A stretch of DNA of 64,000 nt from Candidatus Latescibacterota bacterium (GTDB taxonomy: Bacteria > Latescibacterota > UBA2968 > UBA8231), in contig CBDCNM010000002.1 in the NCBI GenBank assembly GCA_965219385.1, positions 2,350,936-2,414,935 on the forward strand, in the 5' to 3' direction. The notes beneath the pieces were generated by a model. That model worked only from the letters and a program-made list of their open reading frames with translations. It made no database searches and was not told the origin of the DNA. Of the stretch, positions 40,611 through 55,711 are shown one piece after another (positions within the stretch are counted from its first letter, which is position 1; every line of letters starts with the position of its first letter). The position numbers were made by a program, and so were the translations under genes.

Positions 40611-40976
40611 TTGTCGTCGAACCGCTACCGCTATCTGGAAATTGCGCTGATCCTGATCATCCTGATCGGTCTGGGAATCGCCCATTTTTCCAGACTCACT
40701 CCGGAACAGCGCCAGGAGATCGAACTGGAAGCCGGCCTCGAGCAGCTCTACCAGTTGGAGCTGGAGTACTTCCGACACTACGAGCGCTATTTCGATCCCA
40801 CGGACTTGCTGGCAGGGCTGGACTGGCAGTGGATGGAGGAGTACGAGTGGGAGGTGAGGATCCAGCCGCATGATTTTTGGATCGCGGCCAAGGCGGATCT
40901 GGATCGGGACGGCGAAAAGGGGGCCTGGCTGATCAACAGCGAGAGCCTGAGGGTGCACCTCCTGGTCGAGGACTAG
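40611..40976 (+). CDS. small pilin-like membrane protein
   Basis: TTG start with GAGG RBS; LEIALILIILIGL helix, amphipathic helix, ADLDRDG..W.I C-terminus. Confidence 0.55.
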   Translation: MSSNRYRYLEIALILIILIGLGIAHFSRLTPEQRQEIELEAGLEQLYQLELEYFRHYERYFDPTDLLAGLDWQWMEEYEWEVRIQPHDFWIAAKADLDRDGEKGAWLINSESLRVHLLVED

Positions 40977-41836
40977 CGGGGGTGCAGGCGGGCCTCGCTG
41001 ATGCGGCCGGGCGGGTACGAGCCGACCAGGTGCAGTGCGCTCACCTGCTTGCCGACTTCATCCAGGGCAGCGGCGATGTGGGGTTCGGAAGCACCGCCGT
41101 TGAATTCCAGATAAAAGGTATACTCCCACGGGTGGCCGAGGCGCTTGCACGACTCGATCTTGAGGGGTTCGATCCGGTGGTCGACGAAGACCCCCAGAAC
41201 CTGTGGCAGGGTGCGGGCGTTGTCCGCAAGTTCGAATACCAGGGTCGTCTTGAGGGCTGAGTTGGAAAAATCGCAGGCCTGATGGCTGAGGACCAGGAAG
41301 CGGGTAAAATTGCGCGGATCGGTCTGGATGTCCTCAGCCAGTATCGCCATACCGTAGTCCACGGCTGCCTGGGCCGAGGCAATGGCGGCCTCTTCTTTAT
41401 TCCCTTTTCCCGCGATCATCTTGACGGCGCCGGCCGTATCGTAGACCTCCTCCTGGTCCACCCCCTCGAGGCGGTGGAGAAAGGCCTGGCACTGGGACAG
41501 GGCCTGGGCATGGGAGTAGACCCGCCGCAGGTCCTGCAGCCGGGTATCGGGGTGGGCGATGAGGCAGTGCTGGATGCGGAGCTGGATCTCGCCGGCGATG
41601 GGCAGGCGGCGCCGGGCCAGAAGGTCCCAGACGGGGTGGATGCTGCCGCCCAGGGAGTTGTCCACCGGGGCCATGCCGTAGTGGGCCGCGCCTCGCTCGA
41701 CGGCGGCAAAGAGGTCGGCAAAGCTAGCGCACGGTTTGATGTCCACCCGCGGGGAGAAAAACTCGTAGGCGGCCAGTTCGCTGTAGGCGCCCCTTTCGCC
41801 CTGAATGGCGACCGTGATTGCAGCGGTTGCGGACAT
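40973..41836 (-). CDS. pheA: prephenate dehydratase
   Basis: QGERGAYS, NS..GS, YSH.QAL.QC, DTAGA, NFTRF, C-terminal ACT domain. Confidence 0.93.
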   Translation of the reverse strand: MSATAAITVAIQGERGAYSELAAYEFFSPRVDIKPCASFADLFAAVERGAAHYGMAPVDNSLGGSIHPVWDLLARRRLPIAGEIQLRIQHCLIAHPDTRLQDLRRVYSHAQALSQCQAFLHRLEGVDQEEVYDTAGAVKMIAGKGNKEEAAIASAQAAVDYGMAILAEDIQTDPRNFTRFLVLSHQACDFSNSALKTTLVFELADNARTLPQVLGVFVDHRIEPLKIESCKRLGHPWEYTFYLEFNGGASEPHIAAALDEVGKQVSALHLVGSYPPGRISEARLHPR

Positions 41837-41841
41837 GAACT

Positions 41842-42636
41842 TCAGACCGCAATTTCCATGGGCACAGGGGGATGCGGGTCGTAGTTGAGGAGTTTGAAGT
41901 CGTCGTAGCGAAAGTGGAAGATATCCTGGCCGCGGTTTTTGATGGCCATCCAGGGTAAGTCCCGGGGCGTGCGCCGGAGTTGCTCTTGCAGGGGCTCGAT
42001 GTGGTTCTGGTAAATATGGACGTCGCCTCCGGTCCAGACAAACTCGCCGGGCTTCAGGGCGCAGACCTGGGCCAGCATCAGGGTGAGGAGGCTGTAGCTG
42101 GCGATGTTGAAGGGTACCCCCAGACCCACGTCGCAGCTGCGCTGGTAGAGCTGGCAGCTGAGCGTATTATCGGCCACGAAAAACTGGAAGAGGCAGTGGC
42201 AGGGGGTCAGGGCCATCAGGTCCAGCTCACCCACGTTCCAGGCGTTGACCACCATGCGCCGGCTGTTCGGGTCGTTTTTGATCAGGGTTACCACCTGTTT
42301 GATCTGGTCAATCTGGCGTCCGTCCGGGGCGGTCCAGGCCCGCCACTGCTTGCCGTAGACTGGACCCAGTTCGCCGTTCTCGTCGGCCCACTCATCCCAG
42401 ATGGTAATGCCTTTTTCCTGTAAATAGGCGATGTTGGTATCGCCTTTGAGGAACCACAAAAGCTCGCGGATGACGGAGCCCATGTGTAGCTTTTTGGTGG
42501 TCATACAGGGGAAGCCTGCGCCCAGGTCGAAGCGCATCTGGTAGCCGAACACAGCCAGGGTGCCGGTGCCGGTGCGGTCTGCTTTGGGCGTGCCGTTGTC
42601 CAGGACGTGGCGCACCAGGTCCAGGTAGTGTTTCAT
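41842..42636 (-). CDS. thyA: thymidylate synthase
   Basis: [46 protein letters not shown]. Confidence 0.98.
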   Translation of the reverse strand: MKHYLDLVRHVLDNGTPKADRTGTGTLAVFGYQMRFDLGAGFPCMTTKKLHMGSVIRELLWFLKGDTNIAYLQEKGITIWDEWADENGELGPVYGKQWRAWTAPDGRQIDQIKQVVTLIKNDPNSRRMVVNAWNVGELDLMALTPCHCLFQFFVADNTLSCQLYQRSCDVGLGVPFNIASYSLLTLMLAQVCALKPGEFVWTGGDVHIYQNHIEPLQEQLRRTPRDLPWMAIKNRGQDIFHFRYDDFKLLNYDPHPPVPMEIAV

Positions 42637-42668
42637 CGAATCCTCCCCCGGTTCGAATGGCGGGTCAA

Positions 42669-42704
42669 TCTGTTCGTTTCTAATATTCTGTTCGTTTCTA
42701 ATAT
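42669..42704. repeat. 18-bp perfect tandem duplication upstream of thyA
   Basis: TCTGTTCGTTTCTAATAT twice. Confidence 0.92.
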
Positions 42705-42745
42705 AGTAAAAGTCGAGAGCCGGGAAAACGGAGGGGCGGGTGAGG

Positions 42746-42774
42746 TTGACAGGGTATAGGGGAAATTCTATTTT
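42746..42774 (+). promoter_or_regulatory. sigma70-type promoter for tRNA pair
   Basis: TTGACA-N17-TATTTT. Confidence 0.6.
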
Positions 42775-42797
42775 TCTGTTTTGTCAGAACTGTGAGA

Positions 42798-42871
42798 GGC
42801 GACGTGGCCAAGTGGTAAGGCAGGGGCCTGCAAAGCCCTTATCCCCGGTTCGATTCCGGGCGTCGCCTCCA
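42798..42871 (+). tRNA. tRNA-Cys(GCA)
   Basis: Acceptor GGCGACG/CGTCGCC, anticodon loop CTGCAAA, GGTTCGATT T-loop, encoded CCA. Confidence 0.96.
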
Positions 42872-42892
42872 ATTTTTTATTTCTTTATTAAT

Positions 42893-42981
42893 GCCGGGGT
42901 GGCGAAATTGGTATACGCGACGGACTTAAAATCCGTTGGTCATCTATGACCGTGCCGGTTCGAGTCCGGCCCTCGGCACCA
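42893..42981 (+). tRNA. tRNA-Leu(TAA)
   Basis: Acceptor GCCGGGG/CCTCGGC, loop CTTAAAA, long variable arm GGTCATCTATGACC, GTTCGAGTC, CCA. Confidence 0.96.
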
Positions 42982-43792
42982 ACTCATGCTCCCCTTCCCT
43001 ACATGCCTTCAAACAGGCATTGAGGTACCCCCGGCTCTCCGCCGCAATCGCTGCTACCTGCGGCAACTCGTAGCCCTTGGCACCAATGATCTCCAGGTTG
43101 GCGGCCACGTCCAGGCCGGACTCGTGCAACACCCGCACGTAACCAAAGAGATCGATTTGGCCGCGGCCGCAGGCCTGCAACTCCGGTGCACCCGGCCCGG
43201 GCTCGGCAGCACTCGGGCAGTCGCGGATGTGCACATGCCCCACCCGCCCGATCACCGCTTTTAGCGCCTCCACCGGGTTTTCTCCGGCGCGCAAAATATG
43301 ACTGGGGTCCATGTCCACCCCAAAGCCCTCCGATCCGATCTGTTCCATGGCCCTGAGCGTGCTCGGGGTGTCGTCGATGCACTGCCCCACGTGGGCCTTG
43401 GCGCACAGCTTCACCCCGTACTCGACGGCCCGCTCGGCCATCTTGCCGATCAGGGCGACCTGGCGCTCGAAGTCCTCCTCTACGCCGCTCTTGCCGCCCG
43501 GCCCCACATTGACCACGGGAATACCTAGCGCAGCGGCCACCTCGTAGGCCTTGAGCAGCCGCTCCTCGTCCAGGGCGGCCTCCTCCATGGCCAGCAACTC
43601 CAGCCCGTAGTGCTCGGACAGCTCCTTTATCTGCGCCACCTGGTCCTGATAGTTGTCCAGCTCCAGGTGCTCGCACATGCCCTTGATGGCCGACAACTCC
43701 ACACCGTCGTACCCGGCCTGGGCGATGTGCTTCATGGCCGTCTCTAAATCATACCCCGCAAACAGCACGGAATTGGCGCCCAATTTGATCAT
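42944..43792 (-). CDS. sugar phosphate isomerase/epimerase (TIM barrel, AP endonuclease 2 family)
   Basis: AGYDGVEL, DMDPSH, HVHIRD, G.G.IDL, LEI; AGGAG RBS; 3' end overlaps tRNA-Leu. Confidence 0.85.
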   Translation of the reverse strand: MIKLGANSVLFAGYDLETAMKHIAQAGYDGVELSAIKGMCEHLELDNYQDQVAQIKELSEHYGLELLAMEEAALDEERLLKAYEVAAALGIPVVNVGPGGKSGVEEDFERQVALIGKMAERAVEYGVKLCAKAHVGQCIDDTPSTLRAMEQIGSEGFGVDMDPSHILRAGENPVEALKAVIGRVGHVHIRDCPSAAEPGPGAPELQACGRGQIDLFGYVRVLHESGLDVAANLEIIGAKGYELPQVAAIAAESRGYLNACLKACREGEHELVPRAGLEPARS

Positions 43793-44051
43793 CTCGCTAA
43801 ACTCCTAGAAAATTCCCGGTGAGCCCCGAGCGCGAGCGCAAAAGCAGCGGACAAGGCGGGACAGGATCGAGAATACTTGTATCGCAATGGGGGACCTTGT
43901 GTAATTCATCGTAAAATATAGCAGGATCGGCAATTTTTTCAATCTTCACGAGGAATTTCTACCCCGATCCCTCCATCCTTGCCTGCTGCACATCAGTACA
44001 CTATATTCAAAATCTTGTACCTGCTCACCCTCCGACTTCCCAATAGAGGAT

Positions 44052-49727
<5,676 letters not shown>

Positions 49728-49733
49728 GGTAGC

Positions 49734-50393
49734 ATGTCCAACCTGTTCATCCCCCAGCGCACCTTTTTCACCTACTCCTTTCCCTGTCTTTTGCGCCGCG
49801 AAGCACCCCTGATAGACGGCAACCTGCGCGACTGGGACGAGACCTATAAAATCCCCGACCTGATGGGCGTGGAAGGCCTTGAGCCCTATGCCGACCTGTA
49901 CATGGCCTGGAACGACGAAGGCCTTTATTTCGGCCTCCGGGTCAAGGCCAAAACCCGCTACAAAATCGCCCCTAAAAACTACACCCAGGGCGACTGTCTG
50001 GAGCTTTTTCTCGACACCCGGGATTTAAAGGACATGCACCGGGCCAATCGCTACTGCCACCACTTCTACTTCCTGCCCGGCGGCAGCGGCGTGGACGGCA
50101 AAACCCCGATCGGCCGCCAGACCTCCATCAAGCGTGCCCGCGAGCAGGCCCCTCCCTGTCCCGAGGAATCCATCCAGGTCGCCACGCGCCGCCTCAAAAA
50201 AAGTTACCAGATGGAGATCGAGCTCCCGGCCGAGGGCCTAAACGGCTTCCAGCCCCGGGAATTCAACCGCCTCGGCTTCACCTATATGCTCCACGACACC
50301 CAACTGGGCCTACAGTCCTGGTCGGCCGGACGCGACCTGCCCGTGGCCCAGGATCCCAGCACCTGGGGCACGGTCGAGTTCCAGGAGGAGTAG
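49734..50393 (+). CDS. hypothetical protein with DOMON/CBM9-like fold
   Basis: P.IDGNLRDW, MAWNDEGLYF, GD.LELFLDTR, YQMEI.LP, LGF. Confidence 0.65.
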   Translation: MSNLFIPQRTFFTYSFPCLLRREAPLIDGNLRDWDETYKIPDLMGVEGLEPYADLYMAWNDEGLYFGLRVKAKTRYKIAPKNYTQGDCLELFLDTRDLKDMHRANRYCHHFYFLPGGSGVDGKTPIGRQTSIKRAREQAPPCPEESIQVATRRLKKSYQMEIELPAEGLNGFQPREFNRLGFTYMLHDTQLGLQSWSAGRDLPVAQDPSTWGTVEFQEE

Positions 50394-50476
50394 TCTCTCC
50401 TTTCGCCAAAGTGGGCAATTATTTAGATTTGCATATTTAATCTCAGGTTCTGACTTACCTCCTGCAAAGGATTCAC

Positions 50477-53083
50477 ATGGAAAGAAGTAGCGCACTGCCG
50501 TATCGTCTATTGGGGGTAGGGGTGTTTGTCGTGGCCCTGGGTCTTTACCTGAAGACCCAGGCCTCGACCGTGTCGTTTTGGGACTGCGGCGAGTTCATCG
50601 CCTGCTCCTACATCCTGGGCGTTCCCCACCCACCCGGCGCCCCCCTCTACGTGTTGCTGGGCCGGTTGTTCACCCTGATCCCCCTCCACGAGGTGGCCTG
50701 GCGGGTCACCCTCATGTCGGCCCTGGCCTCGGCCCTGGGCATCTGGTGCGTGTATCTGAGCGCGGTGGCCCTGGCCCGTCGCGCCCTGGGCGGCGTCGCT
50801 CAGACCCCCTTCGGCGACGGGCGCGACCTGAGCTGCCTTTGCGGCGCCGGCCTGGCGGCCCTGGTCCTGGCCACCTCCTACACCTACTGGTTCAACGCCG
50901 TCGAGGCCGAGGTGTATGGCTACTCCATCTTCTTTGCCTGTCTGAGTCTGTGGCTCATCCTCTACTGGGAGGGCACCCAGCACGGGGCGGGCAACGACCG
51001 CTTTCTCTTGCTCATCGCCTATTTGTTCGGCCTGGGCGGGGGCATCCACCTGTTGTGCCTGCTGACCATCCCCTCCCTGTTGATCCTGGCCTGGTATGCC
51101 GACGCGAAGCTGCGCCGGCTGATCGTGGTGCTGCTGGGCCTGGGGGTGTGGAGCGGAGTCTGGCTGGTGTTGTTGGGGCCGGGCGCGGGCAGCAACGGGG
51201 CGCTGGGGGTGGGCCTGGGGGGGGGGCTGTATTACCTGTACGGCAAGGACCGGCGCTCGTTCGGGCTGTTGCTGGGGGTATTGGTGTTGTTTGGGCTGGG
51301 CTATTCGACGTATGCGGCCCTGTATATCCGCTCGGGGTTGAATCCGGCCATCGACGAGAATGATCCGGAGACCCTGGCCGCGTTCGTCAAATTTTTGAAT
51401 CGGGAGCAGTATGGCACCGACAGCCAGTTGCTGGGCATGTTGGAGGGGCAGGCGAGTCGGGTTTATCAATTCTGGCACTTGCAGATGAAGTATTTTTTTC
51501 AGCAGTTTCCCCTTTCCTTTCTGGAGGTGGAAGCCCAGTTCCGGCGGGCGACGGGGGCCGCGTACGAACGGGTGTGGATCTCGCTGGTGCCCTATGCATT
51601 GGGCCTGTGGGGATGTATGTGGCAGGCGCGGAAAGATGGCAAGCGGTTCTGGGCGTTGCTGGTGTTGTTCGGGGTGATGGGGTTTGGCCTGTCGTTGTAT
51701 CTGAACATGCGCGACCCGCAGCCGCGGGAGCGGCACTATGTGTTCGGGGGGATGTTCTGCGCCTTTGCCGTGTGGATGGGGCTGGGCTGGACGGGGCTGG
51801 TGGAGGCGATTCGGTCGCGCTGGAGGTTGAGCGGCTGGAGGGTGGGGCTGGTGGGGTGTGTGGGGTTGTTGTTGCCGGTGGGGCTGGGGGTGCGTCAGTA
51901 TCACGTGCAGGATCGGACGGGGGATTACATTGCCTACGACTACGCCTACAACCTCCTGCACTCGTGCGATCCGCACAGTTTGTTGTTCACCAACGGGGAC
52001 AACGACACCTTCCCGCTGTGGTTTTTGCAGGAAGTGGAGGGGATTCGTCGGGATGTTCGGGTGATCAATCTGAGTCTGCTCAACACCGGCTGGTACATCA
52101 AGCAGCTCCGCGACCGCGAACCCCGCGTGGATATTCGGTTCGGAGACACCCTGATTGACTCGGCTCTGACCGACACTCAAGAGGTCGACCTCCGCAAGCG
52201 CCTCTGGCCCGAACCCAAGGTCCCCAAAGATTTTAAGGAACTGGGTCTGGATGTCCAGATCGCGAGCCAGCCCGGACACGGTCTACTGAGGATCCAGGAC
52301 ATCATGGTCATGAAAATCATCCGCTGGAACGAGTGGAAACGTCCCATCTATTTTGCCATCACCGTGGCCGGCAGCAACCGCCTGAACCTGGACCCCTATC
52401 TGCGCATGGAAGGCATGACCATGCGGCTGGTCGAAGAGAAGGACCTGGATGCGGATGGAGAGCGGCTGGAGCACAACCTGTTCAACGTGTACCGGTTCCG
52501 CAGCATCAAAGATCCAGAGGTCTACAAAGACGGCAATACAACCCGCCTCCTGGGCAACTATCACGCCTGTGTCATGCAGCTGGCCGAGATCTACCAGCGC
52601 GAAGGCAAGACCGCGGAACTGGTGGACTTGATGGATTGGGCCAGTACCACTCTTTTTACCGAGTGGGATAACTATTACATTGCCTCCGAATACCTGTCCG
52701 AGGTCGGCCAGCTCGACCGGGCCGCCCAGTACCTCGAAGAGGCCGGAGTTTTGTTGCTCGAAAACCATGGTCTCGAAGAAGCCGCCAATTATTCCAACCT
52801 CATCACCATAGGAAGCATCCTGCTGAATCGGTACGCAGCCTACGAACGGGCAGAGCGCTTCTACCGCCTTCTGATCGACCGGATGCCGGAACGTTGGGAG
52901 ATCTATTACGAACTGGCAATTACCCTGCAAGCCATGGACGAGATACCGACCGCATTGGAATTGCTGGCCCGCTACAGGGCCGAATATGGCGAGGTCCCCC
53001 GACTCGTTGAAGCCGAGCAAATCCTGATGAACGCCCTGCAAAATCGCCAGGCCGCCCCGGAAAGCTCCGCGGCGCAACCGTGA
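50477..53083 (+). CDS. DUF2723 (TMEM260-like, GT-C fold) membrane protein with C-terminal TPR-like region
   Basis: SFWDCGEFIA, HPPGAP, EAEVY, REQYG, QPRER.Y, FTNGDNDTFPLW..QEVEG.R.DV. Confidence 0.9.
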   Translation: MERSSALPYRLLGVGVFVVALGLYLKTQASTVSFWDCGEFIACSYILGVPHPPGAPLYVLLGRLFTLIPLHEVAWRVTLMSALASALGIWCVYLSAVALARRALGGVAQTPFGDGRDLSCLCGAGLAALVLATSYTYWFNAVEAEVYGYSIFFACLSLWLILYWEGTQHGAGNDRFLLLIAYLFGLGGGIHLLCLLTIPSLLILAWYADAKLRRLIVVLLGLGVWSGVWLVLLGPGAGSNGALGVGLGGGLYYLYGKDRRSFGLLLGVLVLFGLGYSTYAALYIRSGLNPAIDENDPETLAAFVKFLNREQYGTDSQLLGMLEGQASRVYQFWHLQMKYFFQQFPLSFLEVEAQFRRATGAAYERVWISLVPYALGLWGCMWQARKDGKRFWALLVLFGVMGFGLSLYLNMRDPQPRERHYVFGGMFCAFAVWMGLGWTGLVEAIRSRWRLSGWRVGLVGCVGLLLPVGLGVRQYHVQDRTGDYIAYDYAYNLLHSCDPHSLLFTNGDNDTFPLWFLQEVEGIRRDVRVINLSLLNTGWYIKQLRDREPRVDIRFGDTLIDSALTDTQEVDLRKRLWPEPKVPKDFKELGLDVQIASQPGHGLLRIQDIMVMKIIRWNEWKRPIYFAITVAGSNRLNLDPYLRMEGMTMRLVEEKDLDADGERLEHNLFNVYRFRSIKDPEVYKDGNTTRLLGNYHACVMQLAEIYQREGKTAELVDLMDWASTTLFTEWDNYYIASEYLSEVGQLDRAAQYLEEAGVLLLENHGLEEAANYSNLITIGSILLNRYAAYERAERFYRLLIDRMPERWEIYYELAITLQAMDEIPTALELLARYRAEYGEVPRLVEAEQILMNALQNRQAAPESSAAQP

Positions 53084-54120
53084 GCGATCCCATCACCATC
53101 ATCATCCCGCACTACCGGGCCAAGATCCTGGGAGAATGCCTGGAATCCCTCTTTGCCCACAGCGACCTTCCAATCCACGTGATTGTAGTGGACGATGGGC
53201 CGGACGCCCCGAGTATTCAACAGGCCAGAAAGACATTCCCGCAAATCGAAATCCTGCGCAACCAGCACAACCTGGGTTTTTGCGCCGCCTGCAACCGCGG
53301 CCTGCAGGCGGCGCGCACCCGCTACGCCATTCTGCTCAACGACGACACCCGGGTGACTCCCAACTGGCTGGCCCCTCTGCTCCAGACCATCGAAAGCGAT
53401 CCGGCCATCGGCGCCTGTCAACCCAAGCTGCTCTCGCCCACCGATCCGGGGCATTTCGACTACGCCGGAGCCGGCGGCGGCTACATGGATCGCCTCGGCT
53501 ATGCCTTCTGCCGCGGACGCATCTTCGATTACCGCGAAAAAGACGAGGGCCAGTACGACGGCCAGGTGTCTTTGTTCTGGGCTTGTGGCTCGGCCCTGTT
53601 TGTGCGCCTCGAAGCAGCGCGCCAGGTCGGCCTGCTGGATCCGGACTACGTGGCGCATTTCGAGGAGATCGATCTGTGCTGGCGCCTGCAACTGGCCGGC
53701 TACCGAATCGTGGCCGTGCCCGCGTCCGTGGTCTACCACCATTCGGGCTTTTCCCTGCCGCCCAGCACCTTCCGCAAGAACTACCTGAACCACCGCAACA
53801 ACCTGATTTTGCTCTACAAGAATATGGCTGCAGGTCGGCTCCTCTGGGTTTTGCCCGTACGGCTCGCCCTCGACACCCTCGCCATGCTGGTTTATGGGCT
53901 GAAGCGAGAATGGCACAGTGTCCCGGCACCACTCATTGCCTTTCTCTGGTGCCTGATCCATCCGCTCAATCTGCAGCGGCGACGGCGGCACAGCCAATCC
54001 CTGCGCCGGACCGATGGCTCCTCGCTGAACGGGATTTATCCGGGCAGCATCCTCTACCAGTACTTTGCCCGACGAATCCGCCGTGCCGCTCGCCTTATGC
54101 CGGAGGACGTAGACCCGTGA
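53080..54120 (+). CDS. GT2 glycosyltransferase
   Basis: IIIPHY, VVDD, NLGF..ACN.G, LLNDD, FEEIDLCWR; GTGA overlap with DUF2723 gene. Confidence 0.9.
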   Translation: MSDPITIIIPHYRAKILGECLESLFAHSDLPIHVIVVDDGPDAPSIQQARKTFPQIEILRNQHNLGFCAACNRGLQAARTRYAILLNDDTRVTPNWLAPLLQTIESDPAIGACQPKLLSPTDPGHFDYAGAGGGYMDRLGYAFCRGRIFDYREKDEGQYDGQVSLFWACGSALFVRLEAARQVGLLDPDYVAHFEEIDLCWRLQLAGYRIVAVPASVVYHHSGFSLPPSTFRKNYLNHRNNLILLYKNMAAGRLLWVLPVRLALDTLAMLVYGLKREWHSVPAPLIAFLWCLIHPLNLQRRRRHSQSLRRTDGSSLNGIYPGSILYQYFARRIRRAARLMPEDVDP

Positions 54121-54286
54121 AGCTCATCCACCACATTGACCTGAGGCTCTGGCCACGGTCTTTGCCGGTATGGTCCTCTGGATTTTCGCCGTGGCCGTGC
54201 TGTTCTTCGCGCTGAGCAATATTGCCGGCCTGCTGGGCGGCGTAGCCTTTGTTATGCGCCGGGGAGAAAAAGATGCAGCAGGGTAA
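54117..54286 (+). pseudogene. collapsed membrane-protein remnant (possibly LPG-synthase/flippase-like)
   Basis: GTG start overlapping GT2 stop (MKLIHHIDL) then a shifted hydrophobic frame LATVFAGMVLWIFAVAVLFFALSNIAGLLGGVAF ending inside the namZ start. Confidence 0.4.
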
Positions 54287-55445
54287 ACCGCGCCTCACCC
54301 TGGGCTGTGAGCGACTGCTCGAGGATGACTTCCACCTGATTGCCGGCAAGCGCCTGGGGCTGATTACCAATCCCTCGGGCGTCGACGCTGCCCTCCGGTC
54401 GACGGCCGACCGGCTGCACCAGACCCAGGGCGCCGAACTGGTGGCCCTCTTCGGTCCGGAACACGGCATTCGCGGCAACGCGGCCGACGGGATTGCGGTG
54501 GATACCGCGCGCGACCAGCGGACCGGGGTGCCGGCCTACAGCCTCTACGGAGAGCGACGCCGGCCCGACGAGGCCATGCTCGAGGAGGTGGAGATCCTGG
54601 TCTTCGATATCCAGGACGTGGGCGTCCGCTTCTATACCTATCTCTACACCATGAGCCTGAGCATGGCTGCCTGCGCCCACCGGGGCCTGCCGTTCGTGGT
54701 TCTCGACCGTCCCAACCCCATCGGCGGCACCAGAGTGGAAGGCAACCTGCTGGATGTACAATTCGCATCCTTTGTCGGGCTCTACCCCATCCCCATCCGC
54801 TACGGCATGAGCCTGGGCGAGCTGGCGCGCCTGTTCAACGAGGCCTTTGCGCTCGGGGTCGAACTCCACGTGGTGGAAATGCAGGGGTGGGAGCGCTCCG
54901 CCTACTGGGAGGAAACCGGCCTGCCTTGGCTCCCGCCTTCGCCGAATATGCCGACCGTGGACACGGCCGTGGTCTATGCGGGGATGTGCTTTTTTGAAGG
55001 CACCAATATATCGGAGGGCCGCGGTACCACCAAACCCTTTGAACAGGTGGGCGCGCCCTTCATCCAGGCCGAGCGCCTGACCGACCGGCTCAACGCCCTG
55101 GAATTACCCGGGGTCCGCTTTCGCCCGGTCTACTTTCAGCCTACGGCCGGCAAGTACGTCGGCTACATCTGCCAGGGCATCCAGGTCCACGTGCTCGACC
55201 GCCGGCTCCTGCAACCGGTGCGCACCGGCCTGGAAACGCTGGCCGCGATCAAGGCTCTGTGGCCGCGCGAGTTTGAATGGCATCTTCCCCACAACGGCAT
55301 CCACAACTTCGACCGTCTGGCCGGCACCGACAAAATCCGCCTTGCTCTGGATGCGGGCACCCCGGTCGCCGAAATACTGGCCGGCTGGCAAGAGGATTTG
55401 CAAGGTTTCAGGGCCCTGCGGAAAAACTACCTTCTCTACAATTGA
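54273..55445 (+). CDS. exo-beta-N-acetylmuramidase NamZ (DUF1343) family
   Basis: GLITNPSG, LFGPEHG.RG, FDIQDVGVRFYTY, LDRPNP, PPSPNMPT, SEGRGTT.PFE. Confidence 0.92.
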   Translation: MQQGKPRLTLGCERLLEDDFHLIAGKRLGLITNPSGVDAALRSTADRLHQTQGAELVALFGPEHGIRGNAADGIAVDTARDQRTGVPAYSLYGERRRPDEAMLEEVEILVFDIQDVGVRFYTYLYTMSLSMAACAHRGLPFVVLDRPNPIGGTRVEGNLLDVQFASFVGLYPIPIRYGMSLGELARLFNEAFALGVELHVVEMQGWERSAYWEETGLPWLPPSPNMPTVDTAVVYAGMCFFEGTNISEGRGTTKPFEQVGAPFIQAERLTDRLNALELPGVRFRPVYFQPTAGKYVGYICQGIQVHVLDRRLLQPVRTGLETLAAIKALWPREFEWHLPHNGIHNFDRLAGTDKIRLALDAGTPVAEILAGWQEDLQGFRALRKNYLLYN

Positions 55446-55501
55446 CAGGACACCCTGCTTTTTACCATTTTAGATATGTAATGTCACCCGCCAGCAGAAC
55501 G

Positions 55502-55663
55502 ATGCGCCCTGCGCCCGTCCCCCTCGGACCAGGAACCTTCCTCATCGCCTCGCCCAACCTCGACGATCTTGGAAGCCACGAACGCGGCGATCCCAATTTC
55601 AATCGCACGGTCGTCCTGCTTCTCCAGCACCAGCCCCAGGCCACCGTAGGACGAATGAACTAA
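55502..55663 (+). pseudogene. truncated YqgE/AlgH (DUF179) fragment
   Basis: G.FLIASP.L...DPNFNRTVVLL..H....VG then stop after about 53 codons. Confidence 0.65.
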
Positions 55664-55711
55664 GAGCCTATCCGGCGTGGACGGGCCACACAGCGCGTTT
55701 TAAGATAGTCC

